Origin: Utricularia gibba
Taxonomy: Eukaryota > Plantae > Magnoliophyta
Direction of reading: 5' to 3'
Length of the DNA: 64,000 bases
NCBI GenBank assembly: GCA_002189035.1
Contig: NEEC01000010.1
Coordinates: 1,674,001 to 1,738,000, forward strand
Below, piece by piece: positions 45,605 through 57,452 of the stretch (position 1 is its first letter; the number at the start of each line of letters is the position of its first letter). Both the position numbers and the translations under genes were made by a program. The notes beneath the pieces were generated by a model. The model saw only the letters and a program-made list of their open reading frames with translations, did no database searches and was not told the DNA's origin.

Positions 45605-48009
45605 CCCCTCACCTCCTCCTCCCCACCGTCTCCGACAAGCAGGATGACGCCTTAAAGCTCTGGAGTTTGTTTCATGGTTTCCGTATCTTGTCGGTCAGGT
45701 GTGTGGTCAGGGGAACGTATGTGCATTAAAATCCTGTAACTTTCCCTTGCCGGAGCACGCCGATGAGTCCGTCGGATCACGCCGCATGTGCCTAGTAAAC
45801 AAACACGTGTTCCATTTATTCATCTTTAATAGGTGCTTATAAAATTGTAATTATATAATTTAAAGTGAATTTTAATTTATGAATTTAAATTTGAAATGAA
45901 CATGTATATTAATATTCATTCACTTATATTTAATAAACATGTATATTAATTTTAAATACAATTTATTATCAAATATTTATGTTAAACTAATTCAAAATTA
46001 TCAACCAAATACATTATTTGTATTCTAAAATTTAATTCAATATATTTTTTATTTTATTCATGATTTTGGGTTCAAATTTTTTTTAAAATAAGATAACCAA
46101 ATTAATTTATTGCTAAAATATTGCAAAAAATAATTAACTCATTATTTTTTAATCCTCATTATTAAACGACTGGAAGTGATTGGGCCGTGGTCCAACATAA
46201 CGGTCGGGTTTAGTTTAATGGCCCATTTTGAAACCCTCAGTCAACAGTCCATAGCCCGTTGAGGAAATAATTTCTTGTGAATTAATTATAATAATCAATT
46301 TTATCGTCCAATGAGAACATCGTTTCATGGTTTTCAAATTTCACCTCAAATGGTGAAATACAATGAATGCCCGCTGTATGTATATATATCACCTCGATTG
46401 GCCTCCGCGTCCAGTCGAGAGAGGTGCTTCACTCTGCGTCTCGGTTTCGATTCAGTCATCGCCGACGTTCTCCTCAATCCGATTTCTGTTTCACCGACGA
46501 CGGACTCTTCATCGGCGACGGATTCATCGGTAAAATCTCTTTCCGTTAATGCTTTCGCTTACTCCCTGCCGTTATCGAGCCTCGATCGCGTCGTGCTGCA
46601 AAATGTGTTCGTTCATATTGATTTTGATGGTTTTTTTTCGGTTCGACAAAATTCCGTTTCATGATTTTACCGTTTCTACATTAACGAATACGTATTAAAA
46701 ACGTAATCGTGTTTTAAATGCGCATAAATCTGTTTATTTATGTTCTAGAGGCCTCTGCCGAGACCCCCTATAGCCTGCACCCCTGCCCTGCCCAATCCAC
46801 TTGATTTCCCCGGTCCCTCTTCTATTTCGTAGCCATTTTATTAACATTTATAAAATAATTACTATAATATTCATCTACTTATTCAGAGAAAAAAAAAATT
46901 GGGGGGTTTTGAACATGCTAAAAACAGAGTAACAATCCAGAAAATCAAGTGCGGTTTGGTTCTTCTGGCAGGAAGTAAGTTGTAAGTGTATCTTGTGAAT
47001 GTTTTAATATGCTGAAGAATGACACACAAGACGAGGGAATCTGTCTCTGTTGTAGGATGGGGACGCCCTACCTCAATAATGCAATGAAATCATCTGTGCA
47101 ATACGGAATTCAACATGCCCAACTGAAATAAGTATTTTATTCTATTTCATTTTTTAAAAGAAAAACCAAATTATTTTATTTAATTTTTTAAAATTTGATT
47201 ATTCGTATTTGAAAATAAAATTAATTATGGAATGAATGTTTGCAAACAAGTAGAGTGGTATGCTCCTCTTTGAGCAGATCCGAATCAGTTTGTGCGTGGA
47301 CCAAGTGGTTTTTGCAGTTTTGTTGCACATCTTGGGTCACCACGTCAAAGACTGGACCGCAGCATTCATGTTCCTAGGCTTCGTCCAGTGAAATATAGCT
47401 TTTTTAGTGTGTTTTGATAGGTTTTATTAGTTGGATAATAATATTAAAATATGGGCACGTGGTAAATAATATCATGTCTAAAGAATCGATGATAGGGGTA
47501 GGTTTTTTTTTTAAAAAAATGAAATTAAATGTCCATTACTATTGTTTCATAAGAAGGGCTTGCTTGAGACCCGGTGGATGAAGTACTTTCGTACATTGTG
47601 CTTGAATGTGCAGCGGGCCTCGGGGGCGTTTGATTTGTCATTTTCGCAACGTGGGCGTTTGAGGAAGCGAATGGGGGGCGGTTACACTGAATCTGACTGA
47701 GTCTGTTTTTAAACGCATCGGCGTAATTATTATGAGCTTAATCACGTGGTGTACGGAATTCACTGGTCGTCACTCAATCACGTGTTTTATTTGGTCAATG
47801 AAGGATTTGGTGTCGGCAATTGGATGAAGTAGAGCTCATGTATGGCAACCGCGTGTCTTAATGATTAATTGAGATTTGTTTGTTTTTCTGGGTTGAAGTT
47901 GATGTTATCTGGATCACTGATTTCTCGCTTTTTGTTCTGATTCTTTGGGCTAGGAATGAGGTATTTCTGCTGTTCACTGCATTCTGATTTCTGAAGGGAA
48001 CGATTGATT

Positions 48010-51000
48010 ATGGCACAGGGGGAGGTTTCTACTCAAATCTTGAAGAAGGAAGTGTGTGGGGCGGGTGTGGGTTCCTTCAAGGATTATTTGCAGCTTCACT
48101 GTAGTGTTGCCCACGTTGAATCCGTCAATGGGGAGGACGATGATGTTGTCGGTGATGATAACGATGGGTCTGCAGTCAAGGGCGATTCTGCGAATCGGGA
48201 GTTATTGTGTCAGAAAGCTGGCGCATCATTTACCCATGAACAACTCGTACTAGAAATGATGAATGGGGAATCTTGTGATACTAGCGATGGTGATGCGGCG
48301 CCTGTATCTCCAACATTGGGTTTACAGGGGTGTGGTGATGATGGAGATACGGTGCAAGTCGTCGTGGGCGAACCTTTACAGGGGAATGCTGCTAACGGTA
48401 TAAGACTGGCACAATCTGGGAGTCAGTCCGAATCTGTTAATGAAAGCGGAAGTAGGAGGGTTGAGGATCCTGAAATTGAATCATCGAAAACTGAAGAACT
48501 CAGAAAACTGGAATTTCCAGAATCCACCAGAGAATTAAAGGCTGGGGATGGGAGTTTTTACGATGAAATAAATACTGTGGTTCGAGTGTCAGAGCATTCA
48601 ATTTACGAAGAAAGGGTCGAGATAAGGAATCCTGATCCTGATGAGCCTGATGGTTCTGCATTGAATCAGGAACCAATTGCTGAAGATATAGAATTGGCTT
48701 ATAAAGTATCGGGAATTCCAGAACCTGATACTCCTGCATCATCAGCTTTCTTGGGTATGGGTTCTGATTTTTGTCCAATTAATGAAGATGAATCATCATT
48801 GGAGAGGGATATATCCTCTAGTCCTCGTTCACCAAAATTTGATGATATCGCAGTTGCCAAAAGTAATGAAAAAGAAGTGGGCTCTATTTTCCGCGGTAAT
48901 GAGGATGTTGCCCAAAGTTATGAAGAACCCGTAGAATTTGAAGAAAAGGAGCAGGAGGGTACTGTATTTCATGGTGATGGTGATACTTCCAATTGTCATG
49001 AAGAACCCCTTGAAGCTGAAGAAAAAGAAGAGGAAGTTTCTGTTTCTCTTGGTAATGGAGATGTTGCTCAAGTGACAAGAGCAATTGAAGAAAAAGAAGA
49101 GGATGTTTCTGTTTTTCTGGGAAACGGAGATGGCGTCTCTTGTGAGGCCGTGGAGTCTAAAATAGAGACAGACTTTCCTGCTCTATGCCCACGCATTCCA
49201 GAATTTACATCGACTTATCATGCACCTCAAACTGCATTTCCTGGCTCTTACTTGAAAGCTTTTCTAAAAGCTTCAAAACCAAGAGTTTCTATTACTAATC
49301 ATTTCATGGCAAGCTCAGGTTCAGTCTTGCACCATGAGAGGAATGTGAATTTTCCTGCTTCTGATCCTCTGCCTTCATACAATGCCACGGAAAACTATCA
49401 AGCTGATGATGAGCACTCCCAACAGAGATCTGCAAGTGTTTCTCCTGCTACTACTAATCCAAAAGTGGAACCCAGAATTCCTATTCAGGATATTACTTCT
49501 TGCAACAGCGAGAGGGCTATTGAGGTGGATATGCAGGTGTTGCATGTCTTACCGTGTAATAAAAAAGGCAATGATGACTTGAAGACGGATGATGCTGTGG
49601 GAAGATATCAATTTGATAGTTCTGATGGAAATTGTAACTCGACGGTTCTCTTCCAGGTGAATGAGGAAACTCAAATTGATCATGCTGACAGCGTATCTGG
49701 GGATTCTAACAAGGCTCTATACATTGAAGCAGTGACGGAGACCAACACAAAGCCATTCAACTTTCTAGTTAGAATTCCTCAATACGATGGTGAAAATCTT
49801 CGTGAACAGATAAGGCTAAAGCAAGCCCTCGATGACACTGGAGGGGTTGAGGAGCACTTAAAGGTCTAAAGTTCTCTTTTGATAATTTAATATGTTCTTT
49901 TGGTATGCTTACTTTTAGTTAATCCAAAATGAGGGATTTGGTTTTATGTTTAATAAGCAGATAGCCATTTGTTTACTCTGTGCTAATAGGTTTTAAGGAA
50001 AGAATTGGATGTTCTCAAAGAGAATCTGTTGAAAACAGAAGAGAATGCTGTTGAAGCAGGAAAGAAGCATGAAAATGAGAGTAGAGAGGTTCAGGAATTA
50101 CAGTCTCGGTTTAGACAGGCCGAGAGAGTTCGCCAAGCAGCATATCTCCATTGGCAGTGTTTGAAGAAGGATCTTTCCAACAAGGTACTGCACCTCTTGC
50201 AAGAAGCTTTGCCTATTACAGATGGGAATTTTTTGGCTGTATCAGGAAAGATTAACAGGTCTCATCATACTGTATCAAATGAACTGACTTGCAGAACAAA
50301 CTCTTCTTCAAGTACAAGGACGATTTAACAGAGACCGATAGTCGTTCTTTCTCTGGGAATATTAAGGCTGTTCACGAATTGTGCTCAGACCAGGTATTTT
50401 TGCATTGGTACTGTGGGAAATTTGATGAATAATCAATTCAAATTCATGCAATTTTGGGCAGGTGGAAACTTTCATGGATATATGGAACAAGAGTGGAGAA
50501 TTTCGTAAAGAGTATGGCAGGTTAAATGCAAGAAGTTCAATCAGAAGATTTGGAACATTAGACTGCCGTACCCTTGATCCTGATAAGAAGAAGAAGCCAA
50601 CGATCATAAACAGTGTTGCTGATGATGAAATGGATTCAATCCCCTCCAGACCTCCAGTCAGCCGTGATCTAAGATCAAAGAACCCGGTTTTGGATTCCTT
50701 TCAGGAAACGAATCTTGCGAAGGAGAAATCAACAAAGGAAGAGCCCAAACAACAGTACTCAAATGTGGTGGCAAAAGCCAAGAGCAGGGACGAGGTGGTG
50801 CCCAAGATATCCAGGGAAGAAGCTGAAGCTGAACTGAAAGCTCCACGGCGATGGGAGGAAAATGCGAAGGCTAACGAAGCGCGTGAAAGGAAGAAGAAAC
50901 AGTTAGAGAAGCTGCAAGCGAGAGCAGACTTGAGATCACAGAAGGAAGCTGAAGAAAAAGAAAAGGTGAAACCGTCTTTCCTCTGTTTTCCACATACCGA

Positions 51001-51354
51001 ATAAATACACACAGGCTGTGGCTTCTGGATGCAGGAGAGGGAAAAAAGACAGAGGAAGAAGGAAAGAAGAAGAGAAAGAACAAATGCAGCCGCTGCCGAC
51101 GACAACATCCCTGAAGCCACTCCAAGCTCTGCAACAAGCGGTGAGTTACCAATGGACAAAGCCCCCTCCACTACACCTCCCAAAAAGCGGGTGCTCCACA
51201 AGACAAAACCTCTTCCCCGCCGCTACGAAACAGGAGCAGGCGAAATCGACAGCTATGGATATGGCTCTCTGTCATAAGCCTGTCCACCTTCATCCTCTTC
51301 TGGTTGGGATCTTCATCATCCAGTCCCCTGAACCAGCACCACTTCAGCAGGTGA
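48010..51354 (+). CDS. Proton-pump-interactor (PPI)-like coiled-coil protein with long acidic N-terminus and C-terminal transmembrane tail (At1g20970-like)
   Basis: PFNFLVRIPQYD..LREQI, VRQAAYL, VETFMDIWNKSGEFRKEY...RRFGTLDCRTL, KAEEKEK|EREKRQRKKERR. Exons 48010-49863, 49990-50184, 50295-50393, 50462-50965, 51035-51354. The PPPLRNR + hydrophobic tail is reached after a frame slip at 51215-51218. Probable 5'UTR starts near 46400. Confidence 0.8.
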
Positions 51355-52747
51355 CGTAATGGGCTTCGCTGGGAATTTGACACAGGCCCAATTATTGCTT
51401 CTTCTTTATTCGGCCTGCAGGATGACATTATTTTTTTCTTTATTTAAAACACAATATTCTGTAATTATCACGAAATATTACGTCATAAATTACCAGATGC
51501 GGGATTCGAGACCCACCCGATGCACGCCACGTGGCCGCTTCGAAATTTATGTGGCACACTTGTATTTACTTTTTCAGTTTGACCTCATGCCAGTAGACAC
51601 CCCCATTAGGTCAATTCGATTTTAATTATATAGAAAAACAATTACAACTTTCCAAATCGGTATCCAACTCATCCAAACCCACTTAATACATTCACATACA
51701 TTCAAAATCAATGCTTTAAAAATCGTAATTGAATCATTTTGAATCACGAACCTCTTATACTATAAATTGTGTTAAAATCAACAAAACTACGATTCAATAT
51801 GATTAAACCGTTTTGAAAATGTGTATATAAATCTTTAAAAATTGATATTCTTACATTCAATTTTCATGATTTTACGTTTTTTCATACAAAAAACTTTATA
51901 TAAGATTAAATCGATATTTTTTATTTAAATACATTCTATTCCTTATCTATAATCAATGTAATATGACGCATCTTTTAATCAAAGATCCGGACTTGGAATC
52001 GAATCGGGGATGGGGTGGATGCGGGTGGTATATGCTCCGGGATAGAATCCGGATGCTTTTTCATCTTTGGTCGTGGGTGTGGAAAATATATTCCCCATTC
52101 ACTAAAATCATGCTTCGCAAATTTCTGGAAATGATTGTGTTTTTTTGCAAATAAAAAATGTATTTATATTAAAATAATGTCTCGGAAAACGCAATACGGC
52201 GAGTGGCCGTAGGAAATAGGGAAAAGGTAATGTTAATTGTATTTTCTTTTTTTTTAAATAAAAAAGAAATTTAGGATTATGAAAATTGTGACCGCCTTAT
52301 AAAAATTCAACCCCCGTCACTGTCTTTCGCTCGTAGTCTCTCGTCACCGTTTCACGGCCGCTGTCTTTCTCTCTTCTTCTTTACCTTCGCTGCGCGTTCG
52401 TCGATCAGTATAAACCTTTTTGAGCACGGAAGAGGTTATCTTGGCAGCCCAGGTCGTGTTTGTGTTTCTCTGGAATCCAATTTCGTTCCTTCTTCCGTCT
52501 TTTTGTGCTGATGTTTCTGTGATTTTTATCGTCGTGCAGATTAAGGGGTGTGGTTGGTTTTGTCTGTTCTGGTTCCTGGGCTGGAGAGCGTCATGGTATT
52601 TCGCTATTTTCTTCTACATTTCGACACTTTTTGTTCATGGAAGATCGATTGGAGTGGATGGCACGCTGAAAGGGGATTTTGGTTTCTGTGCTGGTGATTT
52701 TTTGTTGATTTATTCGTTGGGATTGATAGGTGAGTTCGACTCCGCTA

Positions 52748-53596
52748 ATGGGTAAAGAGAAAATGGGGCCGCCATGGCTGAAACCAATGCTGAAAGCAGA
52801 TTACTTCGTCCCCTGCTCTGTTCACATGGAATTCAGCAAGAATGAGTGCAATTTGTTCTGTCTGGATTGCATGGGAGACGCTTTCTGCTCCTACTGCCTC
52901 ATCCATCATAGAGACCATCGTGTTCTCCAGGTTTATCCCCCTTTCAATTGTTCAATCCGAGTGTTCTTAATCTGATCATCCTGAGGCTAAATTGCAGATT
53001 AGGCGATCCTCTTATCATGATGTGGTGAGAGTGAATGAGATTCAGAGACACATCGATATCTCTTGCATCCAAACTTATGTTATCAATAGCGCAAAGATTG
53101 TTTTCCTCAATGAACGGCCGCAGCCGAGGCCCGGAAAAGGGATCACCTACACTTGCCAAGTATGCGCTCGTGGGCTCCCTGATTGTTTCAGATTCTGTTC
53201 AATTGGTTGCAAGGTTAGCCAAGGCTCTATTTTTGATCCATTTGTGTTGCAAAAGTGAACTGGAATTTGAGTCCTATCTGCTTCGATTTGCAGTTGAATG
53301 CGATGACAAAAGGAGACGCTACAGAGCTGACGTTTTCATTGAAGGGGAAAAACGGCAAGGAAATGGAGGACGAGTATGACTCCGATGAACCCTCAACACC
53401 CAGAAAGTTCCCAAGGTCCGCTGTCTTCAGTCGCTTTCTGGATGACAGGGGTAAATGCTTGTTGCCCGGGAACGGTGGCGGCTCGAGTAGCTCTGGCGAT
53501 GAGGGCGGAAGGAGCCTATCTCCATCAACCCCTCCCCCCCTGAGTCACCGGAACTCCAGCCGGAGGAAGGGGATTCCTCACCGGGCACCCTTCTGA
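52748..53596 (+). CDS. PLATZ: PLATZ zinc-dependent DNA-binding transcription factor (3 coding exons)
   Basis: [27 protein letters not shown]...CSYC..HH.DH.VLQ|[37 protein letters not shown]...FRFCSIGCK; ends [11 protein letters not shown]. Exons 52748-52930, 52998-53213, 53294-53596. Confidence 0.95.
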
Positions 53597-55815
53597 AACA
53601 CAAGATTCGCCGGCGTATAGCAAAAAACAGGGTACAAAAACACACTATACTTGCATAATACATGGGGCTGTGTACGCATCGCTGGGTAATGTATGTTTAT
53701 TTGTATATGTTGCCACCTGCAAAATACATATTTCTGCTCAAAATCCCTTCTCTTTTTCACTCCCCAAATCAATAGCCATAAACGACAACACCCATTTCAT
53801 CATATTCTTTTTCTCAGTATGTTAAAACCCGAACCAACAACACACGGTCTAGTCTGCATTGCCGGACTGCCTGAAACCCCCGGTCCGAACGGCGCCGTTT
53901 CACCCCCCTCCCCTGAACCACAGCAACCTCAAATAGGAGACGATGGGCTTCCGTGTCCAAGTGTCCCGGTGCTTATCCGTAAAACAGTAATTACAGACGG
54001 TATCTCGTCCAAGTACGCTGTGGGAACTGTGGAAGATTGGGTTCGCCATGCTTGAGGGACACGCAACCCCCGGGCCCACTCCCCAAACCCTACTTCGTTT
54101 TTGTCCTATTGATGAAGATAACTCGATAGATCGTCTTCCTCAGACAGCTCGACTCCCAGGAACTACCGCACGCACGCAGGCATTGGTTTCTTCCTTCATC
54201 ATTTATTTATTTATTGAGTGCAGTTACTAACGGCCGTGTGCTTCTGAATCTGAATGGGCCGTCGCTTTCCATCCAGAAAGATTCACAAAATTAATTATTT
54301 CTTTTTGGATAATTCCGACGCCAATTTCCCCTTCCACTGTTTTATATTAATTGGAAATGTGTGGTGGGAAAATAATTAATTATTGGAGAGCCGTGAGGAA
54401 TCCGCAAGGGCATCCATCACTCGTCCTATCCGCCCGATCTTATCCCCTTTCTGCTTCAAGGCTTACTGGGCTCGGCCCAGCCCATACCAAGATGATGTGT
54501 AAAGTATCAGATTATATCTAGGAGTTAGTTTGATAGTAAAAATATTAGTATTTTTAACTATAGTTTAATTAAGTATATATATATTTATTTAATTGTAAGA
54601 TATATAAAAAATTATATGTTTGATGTCCAAAAATAAAGGCATGAGGTCTAGATATAATTTATATCACTAACATATTCAAAAAATAAGTATGTAATTGATG
54701 TAAACATGTAAGATTGATGCATATATGCTAGTTAATCAAAATAGATATTAATGTAAATAATAATTTGTATTTTCCAGATATATTAAAATATAATTAAATT
54801 CATTATGTGAAAATATTTAATTTAAATACTTGGAAACATATTTGTTAAGAGTGTTTTATTAAATAATTTGAAATTAACTTTGTTATACTTATGTTATATT
54901 GGACCAAACTTTTTATTTATCAGCATTTATGAATTAAATATTCGTGAAAATGAAGCATATAATTAATGCTTATTATCAATTATTACAAATTATCTATTCT
55001 AAACATATCTATCAAACACAAAGTCATTTTAAATATAATATATCTTATCTAAATACAATTAATCTAAACACATCAATTAAATGTATTTAATTTATTTTTT
55101 AAATAATAGAGTCTGTTCTATAATTTAAAACTGTGTTTCAGATTATATAAAATATAATCAATTTTTAAATTATATAAATAGAATCAATTTGAAATTATAA
55201 AATTATTTTATATTATAATATAAATTATATTACAAAATTTAATAAAATAAATAAATATTATACAATTTAATAAAATAAAATAATTTTATAATTTAATATT
55301 ATAATATGAAAAATATTTTTAAAATAAATAAATAATAATCATCATTACAATTTTTTTATGTAATCATCAATTTAATCAATGAAATATAGATTAAAAAAAT
55401 CAATAATTCATGAAACTAATAAAATCGGTCATTTTTTCAAAAAATCAATAATTTATGAAATTCAAAAAAATATTATAGAATCTGAATTTTTACTTTAAAA
55501 AGAAAATTATTAAATATTGAAATATTTAAAAATTAATAAAATCGGTCATTTTTTCAATTGACGGTTTCTCCCGTGTGAAAGGAAGACGGTTTCTTGGAAA
55601 GGGGGAAAGGGTAAGGATGTGATGTCAGAGCTGACTCATCCACCGACCCCAAAATAAAAATTAAAATCAAATTCAAACATTGACTGGCGCACAAGTCTTG
55701 GGTTCCTTACCTTGGACGTGTTTCTAGAGAAGGGGATGGTTTGTTCACATGTATTTATATTATAGGGCTTAAGTCATCATTTAACTCCATAATCATCTGC
55801 TTTAGGGAAAATCGG

Positions 55816-56413
55816 ATGGGCGTATGCTTCTCAATCTCCTCTCGATCGACCGCCTCGGGATCCCTGCGCGGGTCGCCGCCGCCAATGTCGTGTCCCATAG
55901 CGGGAGCTACGGCAGTTCCCACTCCCAGTCACCGTCGATCAAGTTCTCAAGTCGCTGGACGTCTCACTCCAGGCGTTCTTCCTGTGCGATGCGGATTCGT
56001 TATCGTTCGACCACTACATACCGTCTCTCAAACCCGATCAGCAGCTCGGATCCGCTACGATCTACTTCCTGATGCCTTCGTCGAAGCTCCGGTACCGTCT
56101 CGCTGCGTCCGATATGGCGAGTTTAGCGGTTAAGGCCAGCGTCGCGCTAGGTCACGTAACCGATTTTTCGAAATCGAGCCGCGGAAGGCGGAAATCTCGA
56201 ATTTCTCCGGTTGTGTTCGTCGCGCCGCCAGATCATGAAGTTGATGCTATGAAAATCGCTAATTCGGCGGTTATTCCGTCGATCCCCACCGGATCAAAGG
56301 GAACGACAGTGCAGATGCGCAGAAGCCATTCTAAGAGGAGGAAATTGGCCGCTGGAGCTGTCAAAATCCGGCTTACCACCATATTCGAAGGCTCCGTGCT
56401 CGTCCTCGATTAA
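55816..56413 (+). CDS. DUF4228/PADRE family protein (At1g21010/At1g76600-like), intronless, with two apparent -1 frameshifts
   Basis: MGVCFS start (possible myristoylation). Third-frame segment ELRQFPLPVTVDQVL..FFLCDADSLSFD..L..ATIYFLMPSSKLRYRLAASDMASLAVKAS; ends IRLTTIFEGS. Frames join only if one base is added near 55862-55872 and one at 55902-55904. Confidence 0.85.
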
Positions 56414-56715
56414 GCGATGTTGATGATGCACATACAGTGCAAGGGGGCTGACGTTTGAAAACTTTGACCTAATGTGAACTTTGGAAAGAAGGCGAGAAGA
56501 ATAGAATTTAACAGACTACAGAAGTTGAATTGACCACCGCAGCAGAAACGCCGGCGCGACGCAGCTCTTTCGGTGGAGTCTGAATTGGGCCTACTACTGG
56601 ACCACATTCGAGTTACGTGGGCCCATTAAGAGCCATGAGCCCGACCCGGATTATTTGGGCTTGGTAACTGAGCTGTTCTCTCTCTCACACACACAATTAA
56701 TTAATTAATTAAATA

Positions 56716-57078
56716 TAGAGGTGGAGATGAGATATCTGTCAACTCGTATATTGTCGTGTTGACTCGTGATGGGTTGAACCCATTAACTGTAATTGTAAAA
56801 AATGGACAGAGATGAGTTCATAGTACACGATTATAATTATACTCAATGGGTTAAACAGATTCGGTTTGAAACGTAATTCAATAACAAAAAATATGTTTTA
56901 AATCAAATGAGCTATGTAGTCCAATTAGTTGGACTCAAAACTGATGAATTAAATCCAATTTATGTTAATATGTATAAATTGTGTAATGATTCGGATCAAT
57001 TTATAAATCAATACGAATCTATTATATAGATCTGTGGTCGTATGCTGACTCAACGGATTCCACCTATGTCCACCTCTA
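56716..57078. mobile_element. hAT-type MITE with 10-bp TIR and 8-bp target-site duplication
   Basis: TAGAGGTGGA (56716-56725) / TCCACCTCTA (57069-57078). ATTAAATA at 56708-56715 and 57080-57087 (one extra A between TIR and TSD). An 8-bp TSD is diagnostic of hAT. Confidence 0.75.
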
Positions 57079-57452
57079 AATTAAATACATGCTTAAGAAC
57101 GATTTGATTCTATTTTTTCAATCGATTTGAAACACGAACAATTCATACAATTAATTCATAGTTTTTATTATTTAAGATATTAATTGAAAGGTTTTTATAG
57201 AAACAAAAGGAGCAGAGATGAACGTTGAGTTCCCATAGTTATAATGAATCACAAATGGGTAAAGGTAGCGGAGTTGCATAATAATCAAAGTACAGCCATC
57301 CATCTCAAGTATAAATAACCCTCACGAACGTCTTCAGTTCCAGCGGCCAGGCTCAGGTGCACTCCAAAGGCAAGGCGACGAATCAAAGCTTTTTTGTACC
57401 TTTTTTTTTTTCCAAGATTGTGTGTGGTGTTGCTCCCCAATCCCCTTACACT

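Noticed and set aside
54212-54226. Partial miR397-like match (attgagtgcag)
   Set aside because: Only about 11 nt match and no hairpin partner was seen, which is expected by chance.
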